Source: an uncultured Sutterella sp.
GTDB lineage: Bacteria; Pseudomonadota; Gammaproteobacteria; Burkholderiales; Burkholderiaceae_F
NCBI GenBank assembly: GCA_900754475.1
Contig: CAAECY010000078.1
Span: 5,801-69,800, forward strand
Direction of reading: 5' to 3'
Length of the DNA: 64,000 nucleotides
A program made the position numbers and the translations under genes. Under the pieces are notes generated by a model. It made no database searches. It worked only from the letters and a program-made list of their open reading frames with translations, and was not told the DNA's origin. Positions 37,077-47,071 of this stretch are shown here, piece after piece (the stretch's first letter is position 1; every line of letters begins with the position of its first letter).

Positions 37077-37219
37077 CTTTTTCTGGGGCGGCGAAGCGCC
37101 CCGCATGGAACCAGTGAGAACTGCCGATTATACGGAAAACGCGCCGGGGATGATTGCCCCGGCGCGCCCCGTGCGTCGTTCGGGGCGGCCTTGCGCGGCG
37201 CCCCGAACAACCGTTCGAC

Positions 37220-39271
37220 TCAGTCCTCCTCGTCTTTGCGTTGGAATTTCGACGCGAGTTCGGCCTGTTTCTGGGCGGGAACGGGCTGATAGGCCTCAAG
37301 TTCCATCGACCAGGCGCCCGTACCCTGCGTGATCGCGTGGAGTCGCGTGGCGTAGCCGTCGAGTTCCGAGAGCGGCGCGGTGCCGAGAATCACCATGAGC
37401 CCGCCCGGCAGGTTTTCCGTGCCGCTCACCTGGCCGCGGCGGCTCGAGAGGTCGCCGACGATGTCGCCCATGTAGGATTCGGGGGCGGTGATTTCGAGTC
37501 GGACGATCGGTTCGAGGACCTGAGGTTCGGACTTCGCGAGGGCGTCGAGGAAAGCCTTGCGGCCCGCGGAGACGAAGGCCACTTCCTTCGAGTCCACGGG
37601 GTGGCTCTTGCCGTCGTAGACCGTGACGCGCACGTCCTGGATGGGGTAGCCCGCAACGAAGCCCGTGTCGAGCACTTCGCGAACGCCCTTTTCAACGGCG
37701 GGAATGAGGTTGTAGGGAATCGCACCCCCCTTCACCTCGTCGACGAACTCGAACCCGGCGCCGCGCGGCAGGGGCGCGATGCGCAGATAGACTTCGCCGA
37801 ACTGACCCGCGCCGCCCGTCTGCTTCTTGTGGCGGGCGTGCCCTTCGGCGGGCGCCGAGACGGTTTCCCGATACGGAATCGAGGGCGTGGAGGTTTCGAC
37901 TTCGAGCTTGAAGTTGATCTTCATGCGGTCGAGAATCGAGCGCACGTGCATGTCGGTCAAGCCCCGGATGACGGTTTCGTTGAGCACCGTGTCGTGGTCG
38001 ACCGCCATCGTCGGATCTTCCGACTGCATCTTGGCGAGCACTTCGCTCATGCGGCTTTCGTCGCCTCGGCGCGCGGGCTTCACCGCAAGGCCGTACATGG
38101 GCTTCGGGAAGTCGATCGGACGCATATGTACGCCCGTGAGGGCCGGGTCGCCGTGGATGACGGAGCCGTAGCAGAGTTCGTCGATCTTCGCGAGAGCGCC
38201 GATGTCCCCGGGCGAGAGGCGATCCGTTTCGGCCGTGTTCTTGCCCTGCAGGATGAGCGGGTGAGCGGCCTTGACGGGCTTTTTCTCGTCGTCGACGTAG
38301 AGGACGGAATCCTTCGTGATCGTGCCCTGATGCACGCGGAAGACGCCGATTTTGCCGATGTAGGGGTCGTTCACGATCTTGAAGACCTGTGCGACGACGG
38401 GCAGATCCTTGTCGGGCTTCGTCACGAAGGGCGTGCCGTCGGCATTGAGGAAGAGCGCGTCGTTGGCTTCGGCCGGACTCGGCAGATGGCGGATGATCAC
38501 CTTCATGAAGTCGCGGATGCCGATGAGGTTCTTCGCGGAGACGAAGCACACCGGAATCACGTGTCCTTCGCGCAGCGCCTTCGTAACGAGCGGATGCAAA
38601 AGACGCGGGTCGACGTTCCCTTCTTCGAGGTAGCGCTCGAGCATCGCGTCGTCTTCTTCGACGATTTTTTCAATGAACGCGCGGTGAACTTCTTCGACGC
38701 TCATGATGTCCGCGTCGCCTTCGTCGCGGTCGAAGCAGTCGATCACGCGGGTGCGGTTCTTGGTCGGCAGGTTGATGGGAAGCACGCCCGGCCCCCAGAT
38801 TTCCTGCATTTCCTTCAGCAGCCCGACGAGGTCCGCATTGGGATCTTCGAACTTGTTGACGACGATCATGCGGCAGAGGTTGCGGTCCTTGGCGGCCTGC
38901 ATCATGCGGCGCGTGAGCATCTCGACGCCTTGCGTCGCGTCGACGACCGCGGCCACGGATTTGACGGCGTCGAGTGCCGAGAGGTCCTGACCGAGGTAGT
39001 CCGAGTACCCCGGGGTGTCGAGCACGTGGATGCGAACCGGAGTGAGGTCGGGCATGGCCGTATCGATGTGGGCGACGGCCAGACGCACCGAGTGACCCAC
39101 CTGCTTTTCAAGCGGATCGTTGTCGCACATCGTGTTCCCTTTCTCGACGGTGCCGAGCTCGGGAATCATGCCGGAGCGGTAGAGCATGGCTTCGATCAGC
39201 GACGTTTTGCCGCAGGAGCCGTGTCCTACCAACGCTAGGGTACGAAGGTTTTCCGTGAGGTAGTTGCTCAT
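37220..39271 (-). CDS. Elongation factor G paralogue (EF-G2-like)
   Basis: GHGSCGKTS, DTPG, EDPT, PYRET, HKKQTGGAGQFGEV, DGKSHPVDS, LEPI, GDLSSRRG; SD GAGGAGG; not in an rpsL-rpsG-tuf context. Confidence 0.9.
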   Translation of the reverse strand: MSNYLTENLRTLALVGHGSCGKTSLIEAMLYRSGMIPELGTVEKGNTMCDNDPLEKQVGHSVRLAVAHIDTAMPDLTPVRIHVLDTPGYSDYLGQDLSALDAVKSVAAVVDATQGVEMLTRRMMQAAKDRNLCRMIVVNKFEDPNADLVGLLKEMQEIWGPGVLPINLPTKNRTRVIDCFDRDEGDADIMSVEEVHRAFIEKIVEEDDAMLERYLEEGNVDPRLLHPLVTKALREGHVIPVCFVSAKNLIGIRDFMKVIIRHLPSPAEANDALFLNADGTPFVTKPDKDLPVVAQVFKIVNDPYIGKIGVFRVHQGTITKDSVLYVDDEKKPVKAAHPLILQGKNTAETDRLSPGDIGALAKIDELCYGSVIHGDPALTGVHMRPIDFPKPMYGLAVKPARRGDESRMSEVLAKMQSEDPTMAVDHDTVLNETVIRGLTDMHVRSILDRMKINFKLEVETSTPSIPYRETVSAPAEGHARHKKQTGGAGQFGEVYLRIAPLPRGAGFEFVDEVKGGAIPYNLIPAVEKGVREVLDTGFVAGYPIQDVRVTVYDGKSHPVDSKEVAFVSAGRKAFLDALAKSEPQVLEPIVRLEITAPESYMGDIVGDLSSRRGQVSGTENLPGGLMVILGTAPLSELDGYATRLHAITQGTGAWSMELEAYQPVPAQKQAELASKFQRKDEED

Positions 39272-39417
39272 GATCATCCTCCTCAAGTCGATGAAGCGTG
39301 TTCAACCATTCTGCGCCTGTGCGAACGGTTCGACCATGAGAAGGACTACGGGGTTGACGAAGATCGCAGATGCGGTTTGCGAGTCTTGCGTCGTGCGTGC
39401 GAACGGTGAGAGACTCG

Positions 39418-40827
39418 TCAGGATGTGCCCCGTCGGGGCGCACGCTCAAGGGGGAGCGTGAAGCGTACGACGAGGCCCGTACGACCGTCGGTGCGGTTGG
39501 AGGCTTCGAGGCGCCCCTTGTGGGCTTCGACGCACTTTTGCGCGATCGCAAGCCCGAGGCCGAACCCCGTACCGGTCGATTCGCGCTTGCCCCGAACGAA
39601 GGGGCGAAAGAGGTCGGGGAGTTCTTCGGGCGGCACGCCGGGGCCTTCGTCCCGGCAGAGAAGAACGAGCGTTCGATCGTGCCATTGCGCTTCGAGTGCG
39701 AGTACGCCCCCTTCGGGCGTGAAGCGAATGGCGTTGCGCACGACGTTGTCGATCGCGCGCAGGAGCGCGGGACCGTCGCCGAGCAGCTCGGCGCCTTCGA
39801 GGAGGCCCGACCCCCAGTTCGTCTCGACGCGTACGGCCCGGGTCTCGGCTTCGAAGAGCGCGTTGTCGCCCGCTTCGCCGAGAAGCGCTTCGACGTCGAC
39901 GGGAGCTTCGTGCAGTCCGGCGTTGTTTTCAAGGCGCGCGTACGTGAGAAGCGCCTCGATCAACCGATCGATGGAGGCGACCTCCTTTTCGATGCGGTCC
40001 AGACTCGGGGCGACGCGCGCCGGGTCGCGTCGCGCCAGTGCGAGCGCCACGTCGATGCGGGCGAGGGGGCTGCGTACTTCGTGGCTCACGTCGTGAAAGA
40101 GACGGCGCTGCCGCTCGATGAGTCCTTCGATGCGTTCGGCCATTTGGTCGAACACGCGGGCGAGCGTGGCGATTTCGTCGTCCGCGGGCCCGATGCTCGC
40201 TTCGACGCGGGTCTTCAGTTCGCCGAGCGAGAAGCGTTCCATCGCCTGATCGAGCCGCCGCAGGGGACAGGTGTAGTAGAGCGCGAGCACCCAGGCGACG
40301 CCGAAGACGATGAGGGTCGTCAAGAGGCCGATGAGGACCAGCGGAAGGCCGCGCAGCTGCACCGGGAAAAAGCGGATTTTGAGGGGGATCGGATTCGTGC
40401 GCGTCGCGAACACCATGTAGGGGTGGCCGGCGATTTCGATCGTACGCACGGCGCCTTCGTCGGATTCGTTGGCGGGGAGGCGCCCTTCTTCCTTCAGGGC
40501 GGCGAGCATCTCGAGCGCGAGTTGCGGCACGGGGCGCCCGCTCAGCTCCCGCCCGTTTTCGGCGAGCAGATACACCGTCGGATTGTGGTTCGAGGGGCTC
40601 GTCAGCCAGTCGACGAGCCCGGTTTCGCCCCCGTACCGGTAGGCGAGAAGCGCCGTTTCAACCGACTTTTGGCCGCTCACGCGCCAGTCGATCGTCCCGA
40701 TGCCGAAGTCCTGCTTGCGGGTGAGGTACGCCGTCACGGAAACGAGTGCGGCGGTTGCGAGGATCACGACCGTGAGGCCCGCGAAAAGCCTCCAAAAGAG
40801 GCTGCGAAACGAAGGACGCAAGTACAT
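39418..40827 (-). CDS. Sensor histidine kinase (two TM, HAMP, HisKA, HATPase)
   Basis: DVSHEVRSPL H-box, NVVRNA, DEGPG, GFGLGLAI. Confidence 0.93.
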   Translation of the reverse strand: MYLRPSFRSLFWRLFAGLTVVILATAALVSVTAYLTRKQDFGIGTIDWRVSGQKSVETALLAYRYGGETGLVDWLTSPSNHNPTVYLLAENGRELSGRPVPQLALEMLAALKEEGRLPANESDEGAVRTIEIAGHPYMVFATRTNPIPLKIRFFPVQLRGLPLVLIGLLTTLIVFGVAWVLALYYTCPLRRLDQAMERFSLGELKTRVEASIGPADDEIATLARVFDQMAERIEGLIERQRRLFHDVSHEVRSPLARIDVALALARRDPARVAPSLDRIEKEVASIDRLIEALLTYARLENNAGLHEAPVDVEALLGEAGDNALFEAETRAVRVETNWGSGLLEGAELLGDGPALLRAIDNVVRNAIRFTPEGGVLALEAQWHDRTLVLLCRDEGPGVPPEELPDLFRPFVRGKRESTGTGFGLGLAIAQKCVEAHKGRLEASNRTDGRTGLVVRFTLPLERAPRRGTS

Positions 40828-40863
40828 GAGTGCGGACCTCGGGCCGAAACGCGCGCTGTGCGC

Positions 40864-41571
40864 TTATGCGGGGACGTCGGGGTGGACGACGAGCTGGTAG
40901 CCGATGCCGCGGATGCTGTCGATCGTGACGGCTTTGCCGACGACGGCCGCGAGCTTGTGGCGAACCGAGGAGACGTGCACGTCGATGGCGCGATCGTACG
41001 GTCCCATCGTGCGGCCGAGCACGCGCGGGTAGATGTCTTCCTTCGGGACGGGCTTGCCGATCTGACGCGCGAGGAGTTCGAGGAGCGAAAATTCGGTCGT
41101 CGTCAGGTCGATCGGGCGGTCGTTCGCCGTGACCGTTCGGGAGGTCGACGAAATGGTGAGGGGGCCGGCCGAGAGGGGCATGCCCGGCGTGCCCCAGCGG
41201 CTCGCGCGCCTCAGAATCGCGTTGATGCGCGCGACGAGTTCGCGCGGCGGGCAGGGTTTGGCGACGTAGTCGTCAGCTCCGAGCTCCAGACCGATGATGC
41301 GCTCGATCGGATCGCCCTTGGCGGTGAGCATCAGAACGGGCACGGCGTTCCTGCTTCGGATTTCGCGCAGCACGTCGATGCCGTTCATGCCGGGCATCAT
41401 CACGTCGAGAACGACCAAGTCGAAGTCGCCCAGAGCGAGTCGATGAAGACCGTCGGGGCCGTCGTTCGCGCCTTCCGCTTCGAAGCCTTCGAGGGTGAGG
41501 TAGTCGACAAGCAGAGTGACGAGCTCCACGTCGTCGTCGACGAGCAGGATGCGTCGGGGCTTTTTGTCCAT
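40864..41571 (-). CDS. OmpR/CpxR-family response regulator
   Basis: LLVDDD, LDVMMP, LTAKG, GADDY..KP, winged helix IDVHVS..RGIGY. Confidence 0.95.
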   Translation of the reverse strand: MDKKPRRILLVDDDVELVTLLVDYLTLEGFEAEGANDGPDGLHRLALGDFDLVVLDVMMPGMNGIDVLREIRSRNAVPVLMLTAKGDPIERIIGLELGADDYVAKPCPPRELVARINAILRRASRWGTPGMPLSAGPLTISSTSRTVTANDRPIDLTTTEFSLLELLARQIGKPVPKEDIYPRVLGRTMGPYDRAIDVHVSSVRHKLAAVVGKAVTIDSIRGIGYQLVVHPDVPA

Positions 41572-41775
41572 GGCGAGAATGTAAAGATGCGGGTGGAATT
41601 TGAACGAGATCGGGGTCTTCGGAAGATCTTAACAAAGCGTTCGGAGCTTTTTGTTACGTTCGCCCGTCGGAACTTTAACGAGGGCTAAGGTTTCTTGACG
41701 GAACGCTATTGCACAATGCAGGTGTGGAAACGGCCGCAGACGCTTCGGGCGGCCTCATAAGGATATTCGGACACC

Positions 41776-43215
41776 ATGACAACAACTCGACTGGTTCTCC
41801 CGGCGCTCGCGGCACTGCTCGTCGCGGGTTGTGCCGTGACGCCTCCCGACACGGACAAGCTCGCCCGGGACGTGACGCCGAGCGCGTGGAGCGCGGGCGT
41901 CGAAACGGGCGAAATCGAGAGCTTCCGGGACTTCTGGACGCGCTGGAACGATCCCGTGCTCGTCGCGCTGATCGAACGCGCGCAGGCCGCCAACACCGAC
42001 GTGCTCGGAGCGGAAGCGAATCTTCGCGCGGCCCGCGCCTCGCTCACCCGAGCCAACGCGGCGCTCTGGCCTACGGCCGAACTCAATGCGGGAACGAATC
42101 GCAACCGGGCGAACGGTCGCACGACGACGGGCTACGACGCGGGGCTTTCGGGCTCGTGGACCCTGAACCTTGCGGGGTCGCGCTACTTCAGCGCTTCGGC
42201 GGAAGAAGCGTCCGTGCGCGCGTACGAACTGACGCTCGCCGACGTGCGGGAAATGGTGGCCGCGGAAACGGCCCAGGCGTACGTCAACATGCGCGCGGCC
42301 GAAGCGAGCCTCGAGATCACCCGCCGCAGCATCGCCAACTACGCCGAGACGGCCAAGACCGCCGACTGGCAGTACCGGGCCGGCATGGGGAGTGCTTCGG
42401 AAGCCGAGGACGCGCTCACGCAGCTCGCGTCCGCGCGTGCCCGGGTGCCTCAACTCGAAGCGAGCATCGAACAGTACAAAAACGCGCTTGCGCGCCTCAC
42501 GGCGCAGCCCGTCGACGCCCTGGATTTCGGCGCTTCGGGCGCGATTCCCGTGCCGCCCGACGGAGCGCGCGTCATGATGCCCGCCGAACTGCTCGAACGC
42601 CGACCCGACGTGCGCAGTGCTCTGCGTTCGCTCGAAGGGGCGGTTCTGACGCTCAAAAGCGCCAAGAGCGACTGGTTCCCGACCCTCGGATTGACGGGGA
42701 ACATCGGTACGGACGCGGCCACCGTGGGTGCGCTCGGTGCGAGCGGCACCGGCGTGGCGGGGCTTGCCGCCGCGCTGACGCTGCCGGTACTCAACTGGGG
42801 GTCGCTCGTCGCCGCCGAAGAAACGGCCGCGGCCGAGCTCGACCGACAGCGCGCGAATTACGTCTCGGTGTTGCTCTCGGCTCTGGAGAACACGCAAAAC
42901 GCCCTGACGGGGATCGAGAGTTCGCAGCGACGCGAGCGCGACCTGAGTCTTGCCGTCGAACACGCGCGTTCGGCCGCGACGCTCGCCAAGCTCGAATACA
43001 ACGCCGGGATCGGCGACTACACGATGGTCCTTTCGACCGAGCGAACGCTGCTCGGTGCGGAAGACACGGAGCTCTCGAACCGCGCCGAGCGCGCGAACAA
43101 CTACATCATGCTCTACCGCGCCGTCGGGGGCGGTTGGGCCGTCGGAGAAGCCGAACGTGAAAAATCGGCCGCGCAACGCACTTCCGACGACGTGACGGAA
43201 TCGAAGAAGGAATAA
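41776..43215 (+). CDS. Outer-membrane efflux lipoprotein (OprM/NodT/TolC family)
   Basis: Lipobox VAGC; PAELLERRPDVR; LYRAVGGGW. Confidence 0.92.
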   Translation: MTTTRLVLPALAALLVAGCAVTPPDTDKLARDVTPSAWSAGVETGEIESFRDFWTRWNDPVLVALIERAQAANTDVLGAEANLRAARASLTRANAALWPTAELNAGTNRNRANGRTTTGYDAGLSGSWTLNLAGSRYFSASAEEASVRAYELTLADVREMVAAETAQAYVNMRAAEASLEITRRSIANYAETAKTADWQYRAGMGSASEAEDALTQLASARARVPQLEASIEQYKNALARLTAQPVDALDFGASGAIPVPPDGARVMMPAELLERRPDVRSALRSLEGAVLTLKSAKSDWFPTLGLTGNIGTDAATVGALGASGTGVAGLAAALTLPVLNWGSLVAAEETAAAELDRQRANYVSVLLSALENTQNALTGIESSQRRERDLSLAVEHARSAATLAKLEYNAGIGDYTMVLSTERTLLGAEDTELSNRAERANNYIMLYRAVGGGWAVGEAEREKSAAQRTSDDVTESKKE

Positions 43216-43220
43216 GAACC

Positions 43221-44504
43221 ATGACCGAAAAGGAAAAACAGACGAAAACCGCCCGCGAGCTGCTCGACGACGGGCGCCGTCGGCCCTGGTACGTGCGCGC
43301 GGCCGTTTGGGGGACTGTGGTCGCCCTCGCGGGTGCGGGCGGGTGGTATTGGTACGCGTCGAAGGACGCGGGCGCCAGCCCCTCCTACGTCACCGAAACG
43401 GTCGAGCGCGGCAACCTATCCGTGACGGTTTCCGCGGACGGCACGCTCAATCCGATGCGTACCGTGACGCTCGGCTCCGAACTCTCGGGGATCGTCCGCG
43501 AGGTGAACGTCGACGTGAACGACGAGGTCGTCGAAGGTCAGACGCTGATCGAACTCGACACCCGCAACCTCGAAGCGAAAGTGGCGAGCGCGCGCGCGAG
43601 TCTGACGAGCGCCAAGGCGCAGCTTGCGGAAAGCCGGGCGACCCTCAACGAGGCGGAACTCCGCTACAAGCGCATGAAGGAACTCAACCGCCTTTCCGAA
43701 GGCAAGATGCCCTCGGCGGCGGACTTGGACCAGCAGCAGGCGGCCGTCAAGACGGCGAGCGCCTCGGTGGACGTGGCCCGTGCGGCGATCGACGACGCGG
43801 AGGCGTCGCTTGCGACCGCGCAAACCGACCTTGAAAAGGCGCAGATCAAGTCGCCCATCAACGGGGTCGTTCTCGCGCGCTCGGTCGAACCGGGCTACGC
43901 CGTGGCGGCGAGCCTTCAGGCGGTCGAGCTTCTCAAGCTCGCGACGGACCTGCGGGAGCTCGAGTTGCGCGTCGACGTCGACGAAGCCGACATCGGCGTC
44001 GTGAAGACGGGGCAGACCGCGTACTTCACGGTGAGCTCGTACCCGAATCGTCGTTTCCCCGCGGAACTCAAGAAGGTGGCTTTCGGTTCGACCGAAACCG
44101 AAAACGTCGTCACCTACACGACGTACCTCAACGTCGACAACTCGGACCTCCTTCTGCGCCCGGGCATGACGGCTTCGGCCACGATTCTCACCGCCGAAAA
44201 GTCGGGCGTTCTGCTCGTGCCGAATTCGGCGCTGCGCTTCACGCCGCGCGCCGAAAAGTCGGCCCCCTCGGGCATGTCCGCCATGATGATGCGCGGCCCC
44301 CACGGCGGCGGCACGAAGAGCGCCAAGGAGGTGACGCAGCACGGCGAAGCCGAGCGAACGGTGTACGTGTTGAGAAACGGTCAGGCCGTCCCCGTGCAGG
44401 TGACGACGGGGCTGACGGACGGCGCCCGTACCGAAATCGTTTCGGGCGAACTGGCCGAAGGCGACGCCGTGGTGGTCGATCAGCGCCGCGCCGCCGCGAA
44501 GTAA
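43221..44504 (+). CDS. MacA-type periplasmic adaptor
   Basis: N-terminal TM, GSELSG, SPINGVV, VDEADIG, LRPGMTA, VPNSALRF. Confidence 0.9.
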   Translation: MTEKEKQTKTARELLDDGRRRPWYVRAAVWGTVVALAGAGGWYWYASKDAGASPSYVTETVERGNLSVTVSADGTLNPMRTVTLGSELSGIVREVNVDVNDEVVEGQTLIELDTRNLEAKVASARASLTSAKAQLAESRATLNEAELRYKRMKELNRLSEGKMPSAADLDQQQAAVKTASASVDVARAAIDDAEASLATAQTDLEKAQIKSPINGVVLARSVEPGYAVAASLQAVELLKLATDLRELELRVDVDEADIGVVKTGQTAYFTVSSYPNRRFPAELKKVAFGSTETENVVTYTTYLNVDNSDLLLRPGMTASATILTAEKSGVLLVPNSALRFTPRAEKSAPSGMSAMMMRGPHGGGTKSAKEVTQHGEAERTVYVLRNGQAVPVQVTTGLTDGARTEIVSGELAEGDAVVVDQRRAAAK

Positions 44505-44519
44505 GGGAGGCGACCGGAG

Positions 44520-45215
44520 ATGACGCCGCTCATCGAACTGCGAGGCATCGGGAAGCGCTACGGCACGGGCGAAGCCGCGTTCGTAGCCCTTCACGACATC
44601 GATTTGACGATCAACGAAGGCGAGTTCGTGGCCATCATGGGCCCTTCGGGCTCGGGGAAGTCGACCGTCATGAACATCATCGGGGCGCTCGACCGCCCCT
44701 CGTGGGGGGAGTACCTCTTTTCGGGGCTGCACGTCGAGAAGCTTTCGACCGACGAACGGGCGCTGTTGCGCCGGAAGTTCCTCGGATTCGTCTTCCAGGG
44801 CTTCAACCTGCTCGCGCGCACGACCGCACTCGAAAACGTCGAGCTGCCGCTCCTTTACCGAGGGTTGCCCGGGCGGGAGCGCCGAGAGCTTGCCATGGCG
44901 GCGCTTGAGCGCGTGGGGCTTGCGAACTGGGCGCACCACACGCCCGCGGAACTCTCGGGCGGGCAGCAGCAACGCGTGGCGATCGCGCGAGCCATCGTGA
45001 TCCGACCGAAGCTTCTCCTTGCCGACGAACCGACGGGGAGCCTCGACAGCGCCCGAAGCGTCGAGATCATGGAGCTTCTCTCCGAGTTGAACGCCGAGGA
45101 CGGCATTACGGTCGCGCTCGTGACGCACGAGCCCGACATGGCCGAGTACGCGCACCGCCACATCGTCTTCAAGGACGGGCATTTGATTCGGGACGACCAT
45201 CGGAGGACGGCATGA
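44520..45215 (+). CDS. MacB/LolD-type ABC ATPase
   Basis: [40 protein letters not shown]. Confidence 0.93.
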   Translation: MTPLIELRGIGKRYGTGEAAFVALHDIDLTINEGEFVAIMGPSGSGKSTVMNIIGALDRPSWGEYLFSGLHVEKLSTDERALLRRKFLGFVFQGFNLLARTTALENVELPLLYRGLPGRERRELAMAALERVGLANWAHHTPAELSGGQQQRVAIARAIVIRPKLLLADEPTGSLDSARSVEIMELLSELNAEDGITVALVTHEPDMAEYAHRHIVFKDGHLIRDDHRRTA

Positions 45216-46420
45216 TTTGGAACGCATTCCTGCTCGCCATGCGCCAGATTTGGCGCAACCCGATGCGCAGCTTGCTGACGGTGCTGGGCGTCGTGATCGG
45301 GGTGGCTGCCGTGATCACGATGGTGACGGTCGGCAACGGCGCTTCGGACGCCATCCGAACGCAGATCGAGTCCTTCGGCAACAACCAGATCATGCTGCGT
45401 CCGGGGATGCGTCTCGGGCCGGGTCAGAAGGTGGGCGCCCCCGACTTCAAGGTCGAGGACGCCGAGGCGCTCATGTCGCAGTTGGCGGGGGTCGAAGCGG
45501 TGGCGCCGCAGACCTCGAAGTCGATGACGATCGTGGCGAACGGCCGCAACTGGTCGACGAGCGTCGTCGGCACGGACAACCACTACTTTTCGATCGACAA
45601 CCGCGAGCTCGAGGCGGGGCGCTACTTCGAAGAGGCCGAAGAGCGTTCGGGGGCGGCCGTCTGCGTGATCGGCGGCACGATCCGTCGCGAACTCTTCGGC
45701 GCGAACGCCGACGTCGTGGGCGAAAACCTGAGAACGGGGGGCTTTTCCTGCCGCATCGTGGGGCTTTTGAAGACCAAAGGCACGGCGGCGATGGGGGGCG
45801 ACCAGGACGACCTCGTCGTGATGCCGCTTAAAACCGTGCAACGGCGTCTCCTCGGCGAATCGCGCGTTTCCGCGCTCATGATCCGCATGAACGCCGAATC
45901 GGACCGCGAGCGCCTGAAGAGCGCCATCCGCGACCTCATGCGCGAACGGCGGTCGCTCTCCGTCGGGGACGACGACAACTTCACGATCATGGACACCGCG
46001 GAAATCGCGGCGAAGGTCGCTTCGACGACCCAGATCATGACGACGCTTCTTGCGGCCGTGGCGGCGGTCAGCCTGCTTGTGGGCGGCATCGGCATCATGA
46101 ACATCATGCTTGTCTCGGTGACGGAGCGTACGCGCGAGATCGGCATTCGCCTTGCCATCGGCGCGCTCGGTCGCGAAGTGCTGATGCAGTTCCTGATCGA
46201 AGCGCTCATGCTCGGGTGCTTGGGCGGCTTGATCGGCGTGTTGCTTGCCTTCGGGGCGTCGCAGGGCCTTGCCGTACTCATGAACGTGCCCTTCATGTTC
46301 GATCCGGGCATCAACATCCTCGCCTTCACGGTCTCGGCCGCTACGGGCGTGGTGTTCGGGTTCTTCCCGGCGCGGCGCGCGGCGAAGCTCGACCCGATCG
46401 AAGCCGTTCGGCACGAATAA
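45212..46420 (+). CDS. MacB-type ABC permease
   Basis: RSLLTVLGVVIGV, GGIGIMNIMLVSVTERTREIGIR, PARRAAKLDPIEA. Confidence 0.93.
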   Translation: MIWNAFLLAMRQIWRNPMRSLLTVLGVVIGVAAVITMVTVGNGASDAIRTQIESFGNNQIMLRPGMRLGPGQKVGAPDFKVEDAEALMSQLAGVEAVAPQTSKSMTIVANGRNWSTSVVGTDNHYFSIDNRELEAGRYFEEAEERSGAAVCVIGGTIRRELFGANADVVGENLRTGGFSCRIVGLLKTKGTAAMGGDQDDLVVMPLKTVQRRLLGESRVSALMIRMNAESDRERLKSAIRDLMRERRSLSVGDDDNFTIMDTAEIAAKVASTTQIMTTLLAAVAAVSLLVGGIGIMNIMLVSVTERTREIGIRLAIGALGREVLMQFLIEALMLGCLGGLIGVLLAFGASQGLAVLMNVPFMFDPGINILAFTVSAATGVVFGFFPARRAAKLDPIEAVRHE

Positions 46421-46441
46421 TCCCGCACGATCGGGAAAAAC

Positions 46442-46475
46442 AAAAAGGCCCGGCGCTTCGGCGTCGGGCCTTTTT
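46442..46475. terminator. Bidirectional intrinsic terminator
   Basis: AAAAAGGCCCGGCGC-TTCG-GCGTCGGGCCTTTTT. Confidence 0.85.
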
Positions 46476-46526
46476 GTCAGCGGTTCGCGCGGCCGCCCGA
46501 GGGGCGGCCGGAACGCGTCGGAAGCA

Positions 46527-47039
46527 TCAGAACGGAACGTCTTCGCCGATGTCGTCGATGGGCGAGGACGTGGCGCTCGAGGCGGGCTGAGCGGCGGGAG
46601 CGGGCTGGGGGCGCGCGGCCGGAGCCTGGGGACGAGCGGCCGGGGTCGGACGCGGACCCGTGTCGAAGTCGCCGCCGCCCATCGGGGCGTCGCCGTACGA
46701 CTGGCTGCGACCGCCGAGGAGCTGGAGCACGTCGCCCACGATTTCGGTCGTGTAGCGGTCCTGACCCTGCTGGTCGGTCCACTTGCGCGTGCGCAGACGG
46801 CCTTCGATGTAGGCGGGGCTGCCCTTGTGGAGGTAGTCCTTGGCGATTTCGGCCGTGCGGCCGAAGAGAACAACGCGGTGCCATTCCGTTTCGGAAACCG
46901 GCTGGCCTTCGGCGTTGCGATAGCGACGCGTGGTCGCGAGCGAAAGCGTGGCGATGGCGCGGTTGCCGTCCGCGGTGTAGCGGACATCGGGGTCGGCACC
47001 GAGGTTGCCGAGAAGAATGACCTTGTTGACGGAAGCCAT
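46527..47039 (-). CDS. ssb: Single-stranded DNA-binding protein
   Basis: [31 protein letters not shown], acidic DVPF tail. Confidence 0.98.
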   Translation of the reverse strand: MASVNKVILLGNLGADPDVRYTADGNRAIATLSLATTRRYRNAEGQPVSETEWHRVVLFGRTAEIAKDYLHKGSPAYIEGRLRTRKWTDQQGQDRYTTEIVGDVLQLLGGRSQSYGDAPMGGGDFDTGPRPTPAARPQAPAARPQPAPAAQPASSATSSPIDDIGEDVPF

Positions 47040-47071
47040 GATTCAAATCCCAAAAATAGAGTTACGTACAC

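Noticed and set aside
39319..39407. 11-bp direct repeat GTGCGAACGGT upstream of the EF-G paralogue
   Set aside because: Only two copies 78 bp apart; spacing does not fit OmpR-type tandem sites and chance cannot be excluded.
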